Of a stretch of DNA of 64,000 nucleotides, positions 19,408 to 29,166 are shown piece after piece (within the stretch, counting starts at the first letter, position 1; every line of letters starts with the position of its first letter). The stretch is taken from contig JADBKH010000008.1 of the NCBI GenBank assembly GCA_014896485.1, forward strand, positions 6,710 to 70,709, written 5' to 3'. This DNA comes from Bacillota bacterium (lineage in GTDB: Bacteria > Bacillota > Bacilli > Bu12). The notes below the pieces were generated by a model. It saw only the letters and a list, made by a program, of their open reading frames with translations, made no database searches and was not told where the DNA came from. A program made the position numbers and the translations under genes.

Positions 19408-19753
19408 CCCACTGTCGAATCAGGGCGGCTTCTTGCGCGGTCAACCTTTCGTTCATCGAACCTCCCGGCTGGGTTTTTAAGACCAGCCAGGATTCTGCAT
19501 CACCTGGCGAGACGAAACGCAGCACTTCTTCATAACTGGTCAAAGGTGCCTGCGCCTCTATGCCGTTGGGACCGTGGCACATCATACAACGCTGGGCGAA
19601 GATAGGCGCAACCTGCTCGTAGTGCACTTTTGGGGCAGGTGGGGGAGCTTGCTGCGGTGGTTTTTGCGGATGTGCCGCCGATCCGCACCCTGTCAATCCC
19701 AGGAATGTGCCGATCAGCAAGATGCCCACCCATCTTTTTCTCTTGATGCGCAT
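19385..19753 (-). CDS. Monoheme cytochrome c lipoprotein
   Basis: Basic N-terminus with LTGC lipobox, Pro-rich linker, CMMCH heme site, PGDAES, GSM and IRQWV..GA. Confidence 0.75.
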   Translation of the reverse strand: MRIKRKRWVGILLIGTFLGLTGCGSAAHPQKPPQQAPPPAPKVHYEQVAPIFAQRCMMCHGPNGIEAQAPLTSYEEVLRFVSPGDAESWLVLKTQPGGSMNERLTAQEAALIRQWVTDGALR

Positions 19754-19818
19754 GGCCTCTGCCTCCGCTTTTGGTCTATGCGCTCGTCCACCCGCATAGA
19801 CCACTGCGGCTTGCAGTG

Positions 19819-20841
19819 TTATTGCAATGCTTCTGGCAGAGGACGAAGGGCTTCAACGAGCCGTTGCATATCTTCGGGCAAAGGTGCTTCAAAGCGCAAA
19901 CGTTCTTGGGTTTGGGGGTGGATAAAGCCCAAAACAGCAGAATGCAGCGCTTGTCGGTCGATGAGGGAACTCGGCTGTCCGTAGACGCGATCGCCGATCA
20001 ATGGATGGCCAATCGCAGCGAAATGAACCCGGATCTGATGGGTGCGCCCGGTCAACGGTTGTACCTCCACCACTGTCGCTTCTTCCAGCCGCTCCCGAAC
20101 CTTCCAACGGGTCACCGCTGGCACGCCTTCTTGCATGCTGACACGGCGGCGTGTAGGCAACGCTTCCTGCCGCCCAATGGGCAGATCGATCTCTCCCTCT
20201 TCTTCTTCCAAGTGGCCCGAGACGATCGCCAAATAGCGGCGTTCCATCTCATGGCGATCAACTTGCGGTGCCAAGCGCTCGTGTGCATACCGGCTGTTGG
20301 CAAACAGGATCAAGCCAGACGTCTGCCGATCGATGCGGTGCATGGGATGAACGGCACGGACCAACCCTTGCTGGGCCCACCAGCCTGCTACCGCATTGGC
20401 CAGCGTGCCACTCTGATAACGCCCGGTCGGATGTACCACGAGGGTGGGGGGCTTGTTGACGACCAAGTAGTCCCGATCAGCGAAGACCACATCGATGGGA
20501 ATCGATTCGGGACGGATGCCCGTCGGCTTTTCTGCCGCCAACAGGTAGATATCGAGCAGATCACCCCGGTGGAGGTGGGCGATCAGCCGTACGGGAATCC
20601 CGTTGCGCCACACCCCACCGGTCTGGCGATATTTGGTCAACAATCGCTCGGAAAAGCCGAGCTTTTTGCGCATGACCTCTTCAACGGTCCAATCGTTCAG
20701 CGCCTGCCCAATCTTTAGCCGGAGTACCTCATCCCGTCCCCCGGGAGGAATCTCGAAATCCGGTGCAGGCTGGTTTTCGGCGAATGCTCGTCCACGTCCG
20801 GGTTGATGGGGGCGATGAGAAACTTTGGAATGCGTGATCAA
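19819..20841 (-). CDS. RluA/RluD-family RNA pseudouridine synthase
   Basis: VNKP, HRIDRQTSG, TGRTHQIRVH, GDRVYG and QALH motifs. Confidence 0.93.
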   Translation of the reverse strand: MITHSKVSHRPHQPGRGRAFAENQPAPDFEIPPGGRDEVLRLKIGQALNDWTVEEVMRKKLGFSERLLTKYRQTGGVWRNGIPVRLIAHLHRGDLLDIYLLAAEKPTGIRPESIPIDVVFADRDYLVVNKPPTLVVHPTGRYQSGTLANAVAGWWAQQGLVRAVHPMHRIDRQTSGLILFANSRYAHERLAPQVDRHEMERRYLAIVSGHLEEEEGEIDLPIGRQEALPTRRRVSMQEGVPAVTRWKVRERLEEATVVEVQPLTGRTHQIRVHFAAIGHPLIGDRVYGQPSSLIDRQALHSAVLGFIHPQTQERLRFEAPLPEDMQRLVEALRPLPEALQ

Positions 20842-20942
20842 TCCACTCCCTGTCCTGATTTTGACGCAACTATTCTCTGCAACAGATTGGCGCGGACCCC
20901 CTGCTTTTGTCTATACTTCAGAAGAAGCAAGGAGGCAGAAGT

Positions 20943-22301
20943 GTGGCTGCATCGGAAGTCATCGCCTATCTGTGGCGCATTGCCGACCAACTGGTGAATC
21001 AGTATCACATGAAGCCACTCGGTAAAGAGTCCCCCGGTCCACAGGGGCTGACCGTTCCGCCTGATCTCATCGACGAACGTACCGAATGGCCGCTGATCCT
21101 GCGCCTTTACGCGGCAGAACAGGTCGATGATGCCGTTTTGGCCATGCTCGGCGGCGAAATCGAAACTGTCTTACGGCAGGAGGGTTCAAAGCGCCCCGTC
21201 CTTCAAATGGTAATCATTGCCACAGAGCATGCGACCGACGAAGCCCTTGACCGTGTCCGTCACTTTCGCCCTCCCTCGATCAAGGCGGGCAGCTGGTTTC
21301 TCGTCATCGTCGATCTCAGCAGAAGGAAGGCTTTTGTACCGCAGGGAATCTCGGATCCATACTTCCCAACCTCCCAGCTGCTCGACTTCGACGATCTTCG
21401 GACCGATGAAATTGCCGTGCATCGTCATCGTATCTTCCAATCCGATACGACACAAGCAGATACGGCAACAGCGTCGAAACAGCCCCATACGCGACGTCCA
21501 CGCCAACGGGAGTGGCGCAGTTGGCAACCTCCACAAGCGCACGGTGCTTACGGCACCTACTTCGTCCTTGCTGTACTGGTCATCGTCTTTGTCTTTGAAG
21601 AACTGGCTGCAATGCGCCACCTTTCTCTAATCACGTGGGGGGCAAACAGCAGGACAGCCATCGCAGACGGGCAGTGGTGGCGCCTGTTTACCTCGGTTCT
21701 CCTCCATTTGAGCATTTGGCATCTGCTCTTTAACGGACTAGCCCTCTATTGGCTGGGCACTGCTACAGAGCAGATTTACGGGACGGGGCGCTTTTTGTGG
21801 CTGTTCATCATGAGTGGTCTGGTGGGAAGTCTGCTCTCGGTACTGCTCCTGCCTCCGATGACCTATTCGGCCGGTGCTTCTGGTGCCATTTTCGGCATGT
21901 TCGGGGCGTTGCTCTATTTCGGCTCGCAAGAACGGCGACTCTTTCGCCAGACAATCGGCCCTTCGGTGATCTTTTGGCTGGTCTTTAACCTGTTCTTCTC
22001 GTTCGCAAACCTCAACATCGATGTAGGCGGTCATATTGGCGGCCTGATCGGTGGTTTCCTGGCTGCGGCAGCCTGCGGCCTTCCCAGTGCGCGCCGTGCT
22101 CGCGAGGCCGTGGGGATCTGTCTGATCTTTACGCTTTTGTATGTCGGCGCTGCCTACAGCAGCATCCACGCCATCCATGCCAGCGTCGCCCACAAGGGGG
22201 ATCTGTTCAACGCCGCAGAGAGATCCGCTTGGGCGCAACTGTCCCCGCAGCAGAGTAAGCTGAATCCGATGGTCAGAGGAGTTACCCGTGTCGACGCGTG
22301 A
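20943..22301 (+). CDS. Rhomboid intramembrane serine protease with long N-terminal soluble domain
   Basis: WWRLFTS..LH, HLLFN, GASGAIFG (catalytic Ser) and GHIGG (catalytic His); GTG start after AAGGAGG. Confidence 0.9.
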   Translation: MAASEVIAYLWRIADQLVNQYHMKPLGKESPGPQGLTVPPDLIDERTEWPLILRLYAAEQVDDAVLAMLGGEIETVLRQEGSKRPVLQMVIIATEHATDEALDRVRHFRPPSIKAGSWFLVIVDLSRRKAFVPQGISDPYFPTSQLLDFDDLRTDEIAVHRHRIFQSDTTQADTATASKQPHTRRPRQREWRSWQPPQAHGAYGTYFVLAVLVIVFVFEELAAMRHLSLITWGANSRTAIADGQWWRLFTSVLLHLSIWHLLFNGLALYWLGTATEQIYGTGRFLWLFIMSGLVGSLLSVLLLPPMTYSAGASGAIFGMFGALLYFGSQERRLFRQTIGPSVIFWLVFNLFFSFANLNIDVGGHIGGLIGGFLAAAACGLPSARRAREAVGICLIFTLLYVGAAYSSIHAIHASVAHKGDLFNAAERSAWAQLSPQQSKLNPMVRGVTRVDA

Positions 22302-23859
22302 GCCTGCTCTCTTTGCTTCATCGCGTCCTTTTCCGCACCGGTGGCGGCTAGTGGGACGGAGGCTGCACTTCACCCACCGGGTGATCCCGCCGCAGCTGCA
22401 CCTGCGCGATCCCCTCTATGCAGCCATCCTCTTGTTTATCGCCTCGTTACAGGGTGCTGCCTTGTGGACAGCGGATGCCTTTTGGCAGGAAAAGACCGGC
22501 GAATGGATCTTGGCGCACGGTCAGGTGCCTCATGTGGATGTCTTTTCCGGGACGGCCCGTGGAACACCTTGGGTGGTACAAGAGTGGTTGGCCAATACGT
22601 TGCTCGCTGCCCTCAACCACATCGATCACATCTTACCTTTTGTGTTGATGACTTTTGTCATCGACGCAACGTGCCTATTGATGTATGTGCGGGCGCGCAG
22701 CGCCAATGCCAATCCCCAGTGGGCACTGATCGTGACAGCCATCGCCATCATCGGCTTTGGCAGCTTCTTTTGGATGCGTATGTTCTGGTGGTCCTACCTG
22801 CTGCTCAATCTCACCTTGTGGTTGCTGGAAGATTACCAACGCACACCGAGCCTCCGCATTCTCCTGTTGATCCCTTTGATGGCATTGTGGACCAATCTGC
22901 ACTCCGGGGTCATTTTGGGCATCCTCGTCATCGTCATGTTTTGGTTGACCACCCACCCACGGATTGCCGCAGCAATCAACCAGACCGGCCATTTGCACGC
23001 ACATGCCCTTTCCAAAACAGCATGGAGTCGCCTGGTCCTGGTGGGCGTACTGGCGATCGCCGCCACGCTCGCCACACCCAATGGTATCGACCAGCTTGCC
23101 TATTCGCTTTTAAACGGTACCGATCCCGATCAGATCAACCAGATCGACGAATGGCTCTCGCCCAACTTCCACAACCAACAAGGGGCTCGATTCGGCTTGT
23201 TTCTGGCGGCCATGCTCGCACTGCTGTTCACTCGCCGCCACATCCCGGTCGAAGTCGCGCTCCTGTTGTTGGGCTTTGGCGCGATGGCTTTCTACGAGCT
23301 GCGCAATATCCCCATTCTCGTCGTGGCATTGGCCCCCATGGTGGCTGCCACCTTCGCCGACGCACCCGAACAAAACCAGTGGATACGTACGCGAGCGCTT
23401 CAGGTGCTTCCCCACATCGCCTGGTGGCGCGCCGGCGTCGCACTCCTGTGTCTCGCCCTACTCAGCGGCACGGTTTGGCAAACCCGCCAGCATTACGACA
23501 CCTACGGTGGCGAAAACTATTATCCGATGGCTGCAGTCGACTATCTGGTGGAACATCGAATCCCCGGCCAGGTCTTCAACGATTATGTCTTCGGTGGCTA
23601 CCTCATCTACAAGGGGATTCCACCTTTTGTCGATGGACGCTCCGATCTCTATGTGAAGACCAACGTCTTTCGTGACTACTTGGACGTAAGCAATGGCAGT
23701 GTCGACCCCGATCCCATTTTTCGCAAGTACCATGTCACCCACGTGCTCATCAAACCGGACAGCTATCTTGCAAGCGAGCTGATGCAGCGGGGCTGGACGA
23801 CTCTCTATTCCGACGGAATGGCCGTCATCCTGGTCCCCCCTACCCAACGCAGCACCTAG
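22288..23859 (+). CDS. Polytopic membrane protein, putative GT-C-like glycosyltransferase
   Basis: DAFWQ..GEWI, PWVVQEWL, LWTNLHSG, IDEW, NDYVFGGYL and FVDGRSDLY motifs. The function is inferred. Confidence 0.55.
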   Translation: MSTREPALFASSRPFPHRWRLVGRRLHFTHRVIPPQLHLRDPLYAAILLFIASLQGAALWTADAFWQEKTGEWILAHGQVPHVDVFSGTARGTPWVVQEWLANTLLAALNHIDHILPFVLMTFVIDATCLLMYVRARSANANPQWALIVTAIAIIGFGSFFWMRMFWWSYLLLNLTLWLLEDYQRTPSLRILLLIPLMALWTNLHSGVILGILVIVMFWLTTHPRIAAAINQTGHLHAHALSKTAWSRLVLVGVLAIAATLATPNGIDQLAYSLLNGTDPDQINQIDEWLSPNFHNQQGARFGLFLAAMLALLFTRRHIPVEVALLLLGFGAMAFYELRNIPILVVALAPMVAATFADAPEQNQWIRTRALQVLPHIAWWRAGVALLCLALLSGTVWQTRQHYDTYGGENYYPMAAVDYLVEHRIPGQVFNDYVFGGYLIYKGIPPFVDGRSDLYVKTNVFRDYLDVSNGSVDPDPIFRKYHVTHVLIKPDSYLASELMQRGWTTLYSDGMAVILVPPTQRST

Positions 23860-23931
23860 CTTTCTATTCAAAGTCCTCCAGATCTCTCCTACATGCAAGG
23901 CACTTCCCAATCGTTCCGCAGGAAATCTTTT

Positions 23932-24627
23932 CTAAGCGGCAGTAAATCCATCGACTAGTGCACGTACCGCCTTCTGTGCTTCGCTGCGGATGGGATCGCC
24001 ATGTCCCGGCCACAGCTGCTCAAAAGAAAGCGCAGTCAACCGGCTTAGACTTTCCCTCGCCTGATCCATGTCATCGGTAAAGGGAGCGGGAGGAGGCGCT
24101 GCACGGCCCCTCCGGGTAACAATGGCATCGCCACTGATGAGTGCGCCCAGCTGCGTCACCAAAAAGGCGACCGATCCCGCCGTATGTCCGGGTACATGGA
24201 GAACGCGTAGCGTCCATCCGGCAAGTTCAAGGATTTGCCCATCTTGCAACGGCCTGCTCTCCTCGACAGGTGGAATACGAGTAAAAGTGCCAAAGATCCG
24301 AAAGAGTGCGGCCATCCATCCCTGCTGCGGGCCGACCTGTCCACTCGCTACAAAGGGAGCATCTGCTGGATGCACGTAAAGTGCAGCTGCAGGGACCTGT
24401 GCCAGCAATGGTGCAACACTACCGGCATGATCCATGTGCCGGTGCGTCAGCAGGATCGCCTTCAAGCCAGACAGCCCCAAACCCAATTGTTGCGCAAACG
24501 AAAGGATGGCTTTGGCATGACCTTTCATGCCAGTGTCGACGACCACCCAACGCCCTTCCCCGGAGAGCAGATAGGCACTGGAATGGCGAATGCCATCGAT
24601 GCGATAGCATCCCTGACCGAGCTCCAT
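23932..24627 (-). CDS. Metallo-beta-lactamase-fold hydrolase
   Basis: VDTG, THRHMDHAG, PGHTAG, SGD and PGHG motifs. Confidence 0.9.
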   Translation of the reverse strand: MELGQGCYRIDGIRHSSAYLLSGEGRWVVVDTGMKGHAKAILSFAQQLGLGLSGLKAILLTHRHMDHAGSVAPLLAQVPAAALYVHPADAPFVASGQVGPQQGWMAALFRIFGTFTRIPPVEESRPLQDGQILELAGWTLRVLHVPGHTAGSVAFLVTQLGALISGDAIVTRRGRAAPPPAPFTDDMDQARESLSRLTALSFEQLWPGHGDPIRSEAQKAVRALVDGFTAA

Positions 24628-24747
24628 GGCTCATCTCCTTCTTCAGCGGATGCGAACCGCTTGACGTACTTAACCGAAAGTTTATACCTTCTTCATTTTC
24701 CCTTAATGCCCGACTGTTACAAAAGAGACAGAGGGGGAAAGAGATAC

Positions 24748-25704
24748 ATGTACGAGTCCGAGCCGCCGTTCTCCTTGGAGGTTGCCCAGCAACCGGCCGC
24801 ATCTATCCGCAAGCGCAGAAAGCTTCCCCTGAAAAGAGCAGGTGAGATGGGCATTGCCCTCGGCTACATGGCCCCAGGGCTGCTCCTTCTCGGGCTTTTC
24901 CTCTTTTATCCGGCGATTCGCGCGCTTTGGCTCAGCCTGAGCACGACAGATTTAGATGGAAAAATCACGGGCTTTGTCGGCGTGGCACAGTATCGGCTGC
25001 TTTTCACGTCGCCAGCCTTTTGGACAAGCTTGCGGGCCACATTGCTCTTTGCCGTAATCGTCGTGCCCTCCACCCTTTTGGTGGCCATGGGGCTGGCATT
25101 GCTTGCGGACCGAGAGCTGCCCGCGATCGGCCTCTTTCGGACGCTGTTCGCTTCTCCCATGGCGGCTTCTGTCTCTGCGGCAGCACTCATCTTTCAGCTG
25201 TTCTATAACCCCGCCAGCGGGGTTTTGAATGATCTGCTGCAGCACATGGGGCTCGGTCCCGTCCCGTGGTTAACTGCACCCGGATGGGCTTTGTTTTCGG
25301 TGGCGTTGATCTCGATATGGATGAACGTCGGCTTTACCTTTTTGCTGTTGCTCGGCGGTTTGGCCCAGATTCCCCGAGAGCTGTACGAAGTAGCGGATCT
25401 CGACGGGATTTCACCGTGGCAGCGTTTGACACGCATCACCCTGCCCCTGTGGTCTCCTACCCTCTTCTTTGCGCTCATCGTCACGATGATTTCCTCGTTT
25501 CAAGTCTTCGGCCAGATCAACATACTCACCCGTGGCGGGCCGATCGGTGCCACCAATGTGCTCGTCTACGACATCTATCGCAACGCTTTCTTCAATTTTC
25601 AGTACACCTCGGCTTCGGCAGAAGCGATGATCCTCTTTGCCATCGTCATCGTCCTGACCTTGCTCCAGTTCCGCATCGGCGAAAGGAGGGTTTTCTACCG
25701 TTGA
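24748..25704 (+). CDS. Carbohydrate/glycerol-3-phosphate ABC permease (UgpA-like)
   Basis: EAA loop ELYEVADLDG, FQVFGQI..LTRGGP and ending RVFYR. Confidence 0.88.
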   Translation: MYESEPPFSLEVAQQPAASIRKRRKLPLKRAGEMGIALGYMAPGLLLLGLFLFYPAIRALWLSLSTTDLDGKITGFVGVAQYRLLFTSPAFWTSLRATLLFAVIVVPSTLLVAMGLALLADRELPAIGLFRTLFASPMAASVSAAALIFQLFYNPASGVLNDLLQHMGLGPVPWLTAPGWALFSVALISIWMNVGFTFLLLLGGLAQIPRELYEVADLDGISPWQRLTRITLPLWSPTLFFALIVTMISSFQVFGQINILTRGGPIGATNVLVYDIYRNAFFNFQYTSASAEAMILFAIVIVLTLLQFRIGERRVFYR

Positions 25705-26555
25705 GCGACCGGGTTTTTCCCACAGTCTGCAGGCGGATTCGTGTAGCAACGCTGGGCCGTTACTTCCTGCTGGTGCTCTGCACCATCGTCATCGTCTTTC
25801 CCTTTTGGTATGCATTGAGCACTGCACTCTCCCCAACCGAGGCATTGAACCGGGGTCCACGCTACTGGCCGGCCGATCCAACCTTCTCTGCTTTTGCAGA
25901 CGCTTTTAATGCAGCACCGTTGGGACGATTCCTGTTGAATACCGTGGTCGTCTCCTTCGGCATTGTCGCAGGACAGATGATTGCCGCCGTGTTGGCTGCC
26001 TACGCATTTGCCTTCCTTTCCTTCCCGGCCAAGCGCCTCTTTTTCGTGCTCTTTTTGGCGACGATGATGATCCCTGCCGAAGCTACCATTATTCCCAATT
26101 ACCTGACGATGCGCTCCTGGGGTTGGTTGGACAGCTATGCAGGACTGGTCGTCGTTCCCCTCACTTCGGGAATCGGCTTCGGCACTTTCCTGATGCGCCA
26201 GTTTTTCCTGCAGCTGCCCCTGGAGCTCTACGAGGCAGCACGGGTCGACGGGGCTTCCAGTCTGCGTTTTCTGCTGCGCATTGCATTGCCCTTGTCCCGA
26301 TCTGGTGCTGCGATCTTTGCCGTCTATGCTTTTCTGAATGCCTGGAATCAATACCTTTGGCCGCTGTTGGTGACCAGCTCCGAATCGATGCGTACGGTCC
26401 AAATCGGTTTGGCCATGCTGCAGTGGGCCGATACGACCTGGTGGAACCTGCTGATGGCCGGCGTGGTCGTCATTCTCCTACCTACGCTGGCTGTCTTGTT
26501 CCTCAGCCAAAAGCAGCTCGCAAAGGGGGTGATCGCCGGCGCCATTCGCGGTTGA
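25701..26555 (+). CDS. Carbohydrate/glycerol-3-phosphate ABC permease (UgpE-like)
   Basis: FLMRQFF..LPLELYEAARVDG and WNQYLWPL motifs; TTG start overlapping the upstream stop. Confidence 0.88.
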   Translation: MSDRVFPTVCRRIRVATLGRYFLLVLCTIVIVFPFWYALSTALSPTEALNRGPRYWPADPTFSAFADAFNAAPLGRFLLNTVVVSFGIVAGQMIAAVLAAYAFAFLSFPAKRLFFVLFLATMMIPAEATIIPNYLTMRSWGWLDSYAGLVVVPLTSGIGFGTFLMRQFFLQLPLELYEAARVDGASSLRFLLRIALPLSRSGAAIFAVYAFLNAWNQYLWPLLVTSSESMRTVQIGLAMLQWADTTWWNLLMAGVVVILLPTLAVLFLSQKQLAKGVIAGAIRG

Positions 26556-26623
26556 ACCGAGGAGAAGGTCAGTAGTCCGCCACACGTACCCAACAACGAG
26601 AGGGAAAGGGGTTTTAGACGGTT

Positions 26624-28024
26624 GTGTTTACCCTAAAACGCAAATGGATGATGAGCGGCCTCGGGATCTTCGCCACAGCAGCATTGCTGGCCGGGTGTGG
26701 AAGTGCTGCTGGCGGTACCACACCGACCCAGCAGGCACAGGGACAGACCACACCCGCATCGAACAACCAGGGACCGGTCGAAATTGCTTTCTGGCATGCC
26801 ATGGGCGGGGGCCTGGAGCCTGTCATCCAAGAACTGGTCAGCCATTTTAACAGCACCCACCCCAACGTCCATGTCACTGCCACCTTTCAAGGAAACTACG
26901 ATGACGAGCTCAACAAATTTCGGCAGTCCGGCAAAGAAGATGGTCCGGACGTCATCCAAGTTTACGACATTGGCACGCGTTACATGATTGACAGCGGGCG
27001 CATCGTGCCGATGCAGCAATTCATCGACCAAAGCCAATTCGACCTCTCTAAATTTGAGCCGAACGTCCTCGGCTATTACAGTGTCGACAACAAGCTTTAC
27101 TCGATGCCCTTCAACACCTCAAACCCGGTCCTCTATTACAACAAAGACGCCTTCCAGAAAGCAGGCCTTGATCCCAACAAGCCCCCGCGCACCTACTCCG
27201 AATTTGCCCAGGATGCGCAAAAGCTGACGGTGAAAAACGCGGCAGGAACAACGACCCAGTATGGTGCCGGCATCGCTATCTATGGGTGGTTCTTTGAACA
27301 GGAACTGGCCGAAGCCGACGCCCTTTTTGCAGATAACAACAACGGCCGGACATCACGTGCCACCGCAGCCGTCTTTAACCAATCAGCAGGGGTCAACTTT
27401 GTGAATTGGTGGAAATCCATGATCGATCAAGGGAGCATGGCCAACCTGGGACGCAACACTGCCGACACACAGAAAGCGTTCGAAGACGGTAAGATCGCCA
27501 TGACACTTGATTCCACCGGCGGCTTGACACCGATCGTCGACGCCGTTGGTAACAAATTCAAAGTTGGCGTCGGATACCTGCCCAAACCCGATAATGTTCC
27601 ACAGGACAAGGGTGGGGTCATCATCGGCGGTGCTTCGCTGTGGATCACCAACAGCCATCCGGACAAAGAAGAAGCTGCTTGGGAGTTCGTCTCTTGGCTT
27701 TCGCAGCCTGAACAGCAGGCCTTGTGGCACGCCAAGACCGGCTACTTTGCCACCCGTACCGATGCCTACGACCAGCCCATTGCCCAACAGTTTCATCAGA
27801 AGTACCCACAATTGGAAGTCGCCATCAACCAATTACACGATACCAAGCTGGATTATGCCACCCAGGGTGCCCTGGTCGGAACCATGACCCAAGCCCGTCA
27901 GGAAGTCGAAAGCGCTATCGAATCGGTGTTGGGCGGCCAACAGCCTACCCAACAAGCACTCGATCAGGCAGCCCAGCAGATCAGCTCGCAGATAAAGCAG
28001 TACAACTTGCAGACCGGAAAATGA
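26624..28024 (+). CDS. ABC transporter substrate-binding lipoprotein (UgpB-like)
   Basis: LAGC lipobox, FWHAMGG, YSMPFNTSNPVLYYNKD, GGASLW and TGY motifs. Confidence 0.88.
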   Translation: MFTLKRKWMMSGLGIFATAALLAGCGSAAGGTTPTQQAQGQTTPASNNQGPVEIAFWHAMGGGLEPVIQELVSHFNSTHPNVHVTATFQGNYDDELNKFRQSGKEDGPDVIQVYDIGTRYMIDSGRIVPMQQFIDQSQFDLSKFEPNVLGYYSVDNKLYSMPFNTSNPVLYYNKDAFQKAGLDPNKPPRTYSEFAQDAQKLTVKNAAGTTTQYGAGIAIYGWFFEQELAEADALFADNNNGRTSRATAAVFNQSAGVNFVNWWKSMIDQGSMANLGRNTADTQKAFEDGKIAMTLDSTGGLTPIVDAVGNKFKVGVGYLPKPDNVPQDKGGVIIGGASLWITNSHPDKEEAAWEFVSWLSQPEQQALWHAKTGYFATRTDAYDQPIAQQFHQKYPQLEVAINQLHDTKLDYATQGALVGTMTQARQEVESAIESVLGGQQPTQQALDQAAQQISSQIKQYNLQTGK

Positions 28025-28040
28025 ACCTTTCCCCGCATGC

Positions 28041-28076
28041 ACAAAAGAGGCGCCTATGTCCAGGCGCCTCTTTTGT
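28041..28076. terminator. Bidirectional terminator
   Basis: ACAAAAGAGGCGCCT / AGGCGCCTCTTTTGT between convergent genes. Confidence 0.88.
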
Positions 28077-28094
28077 ACCGAGACAGGTCTGTTT

Positions 28095-29087
28095 CTACAC
28101 CGGCCCAGGGTGCAACCCTCCGTCGTCGCGCGAAATTCCGGAAGTACTGCGCCGCTGTAATGCCAGGCGGATCAGCCGATCGACCAGCTCGTCAAACCCG
28201 ATTCCCGCCGCACGTGCAGCATCGGGTACCAGACTGGTCGATGTCATTCCAGGCAACGTATTGACTTCCAAAAAAACCGGGTCGCCGCCATCTTCGGGCA
28301 AACGAAAATCAGTCCGCGAAAAGTCCCGACCACCGAGTGCCTGGTGGGACAGCACGGCGTCCCGCTGTAACCGTGCAGCCTGCGCGTCGTCGATCGGCGC
28401 CGGGCACAGGTGTCGGCTGCCGCCGGGGGTGTACTTGGCATCGTAGTCGTAGAAAGGACGATCGGTCACGATTTCAATCACTGGCAGTGCCTGGGCGGGC
28501 TCCCCCAAAACAGCAACGGTGATCTCTTTGCCTGCGACATACGGTTCGATCATCACCTTGCCGAATTCCGATGCTTTCAAGAGAGCCTCGGGCAACTGCT
28601 CGATCCGGTGCACGATGGTCACCCCGACGGCCGACCCCTGTTCGGCAGGCTTGACGACGAGGGGCAATGGGAAGGAGGCCGCCACATGGCGGGCAGCTTG
28701 TTGGGGGTCTGCCCGACACACTTGGGAAGCGACGACGAGATCGGGCAGCACCCGTACCCCCACCTCTGCCACCATCTTTTTGGCAAGAGGTTTGGCCATC
28801 GCCAGACTACTAGCCAACACACCAGCACCGACGTAAGGGAAGCCCAATAAATCGAGCATCCCTTGCACGGTCCCATCTTCCCCCGGCACACCATGCAACG
28901 CGATGTAGACGGCGGCGGGATCAAAGGCGAGCAGGTTGGGCCAAAGCGCCTCATCGAGGTCAAAGACAGCCACGTGGTACTGTAAGCGGCGCAGTGCTTC
29001 GGCGACATTTCGGCCGGTATTGAGGGAGACTTCCCGTTCGGCGGAGGTACCGCCAGCAATGACCGCAACCCGTGCTCCTTCCGTCAT
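28095..29087 (-). CDS. ddl: D-alanine--D-alanine ligase
   Basis: GGTSAEREVSL, LHGVPGEDG, GSAVG, FYDYDAKY and EVNTLPGMT motifs. Confidence 0.95.
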   Translation of the reverse strand: MTEGARVAVIAGGTSAEREVSLNTGRNVAEALRRLQYHVAVFDLDEALWPNLLAFDPAAVYIALHGVPGEDGTVQGMLDLLGFPYVGAGVLASSLAMAKPLAKKMVAEVGVRVLPDLVVASQVCRADPQQAARHVAASFPLPLVVKPAEQGSAVGVTIVHRIEQLPEALLKASEFGKVMIEPYVAGKEITVAVLGEPAQALPVIEIVTDRPFYDYDAKYTPGGSRHLCPAPIDDAQAARLQRDAVLSHQALGGRDFSRTDFRLPEDGGDPVFLEVNTLPGMTSTSLVPDAARAAGIGFDELVDRLIRLALQRRSTSGISRDDGGLHPGPV

Positions 29088-29166
29088 CTCTTCGACTCCC
29101 TCCTCCTTTTCCCAAAGCGGCGTTCGTCTTTTCTAGCGTATGCATCCCACTTTGATGCAGCCCTGC

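Noticed and set aside
24748-28024. ABC operon lacking an ATPase gene
   Set aside because: Normal for Bacillota carbohydrate ABC systems, which share an MsmX-type ATPase.
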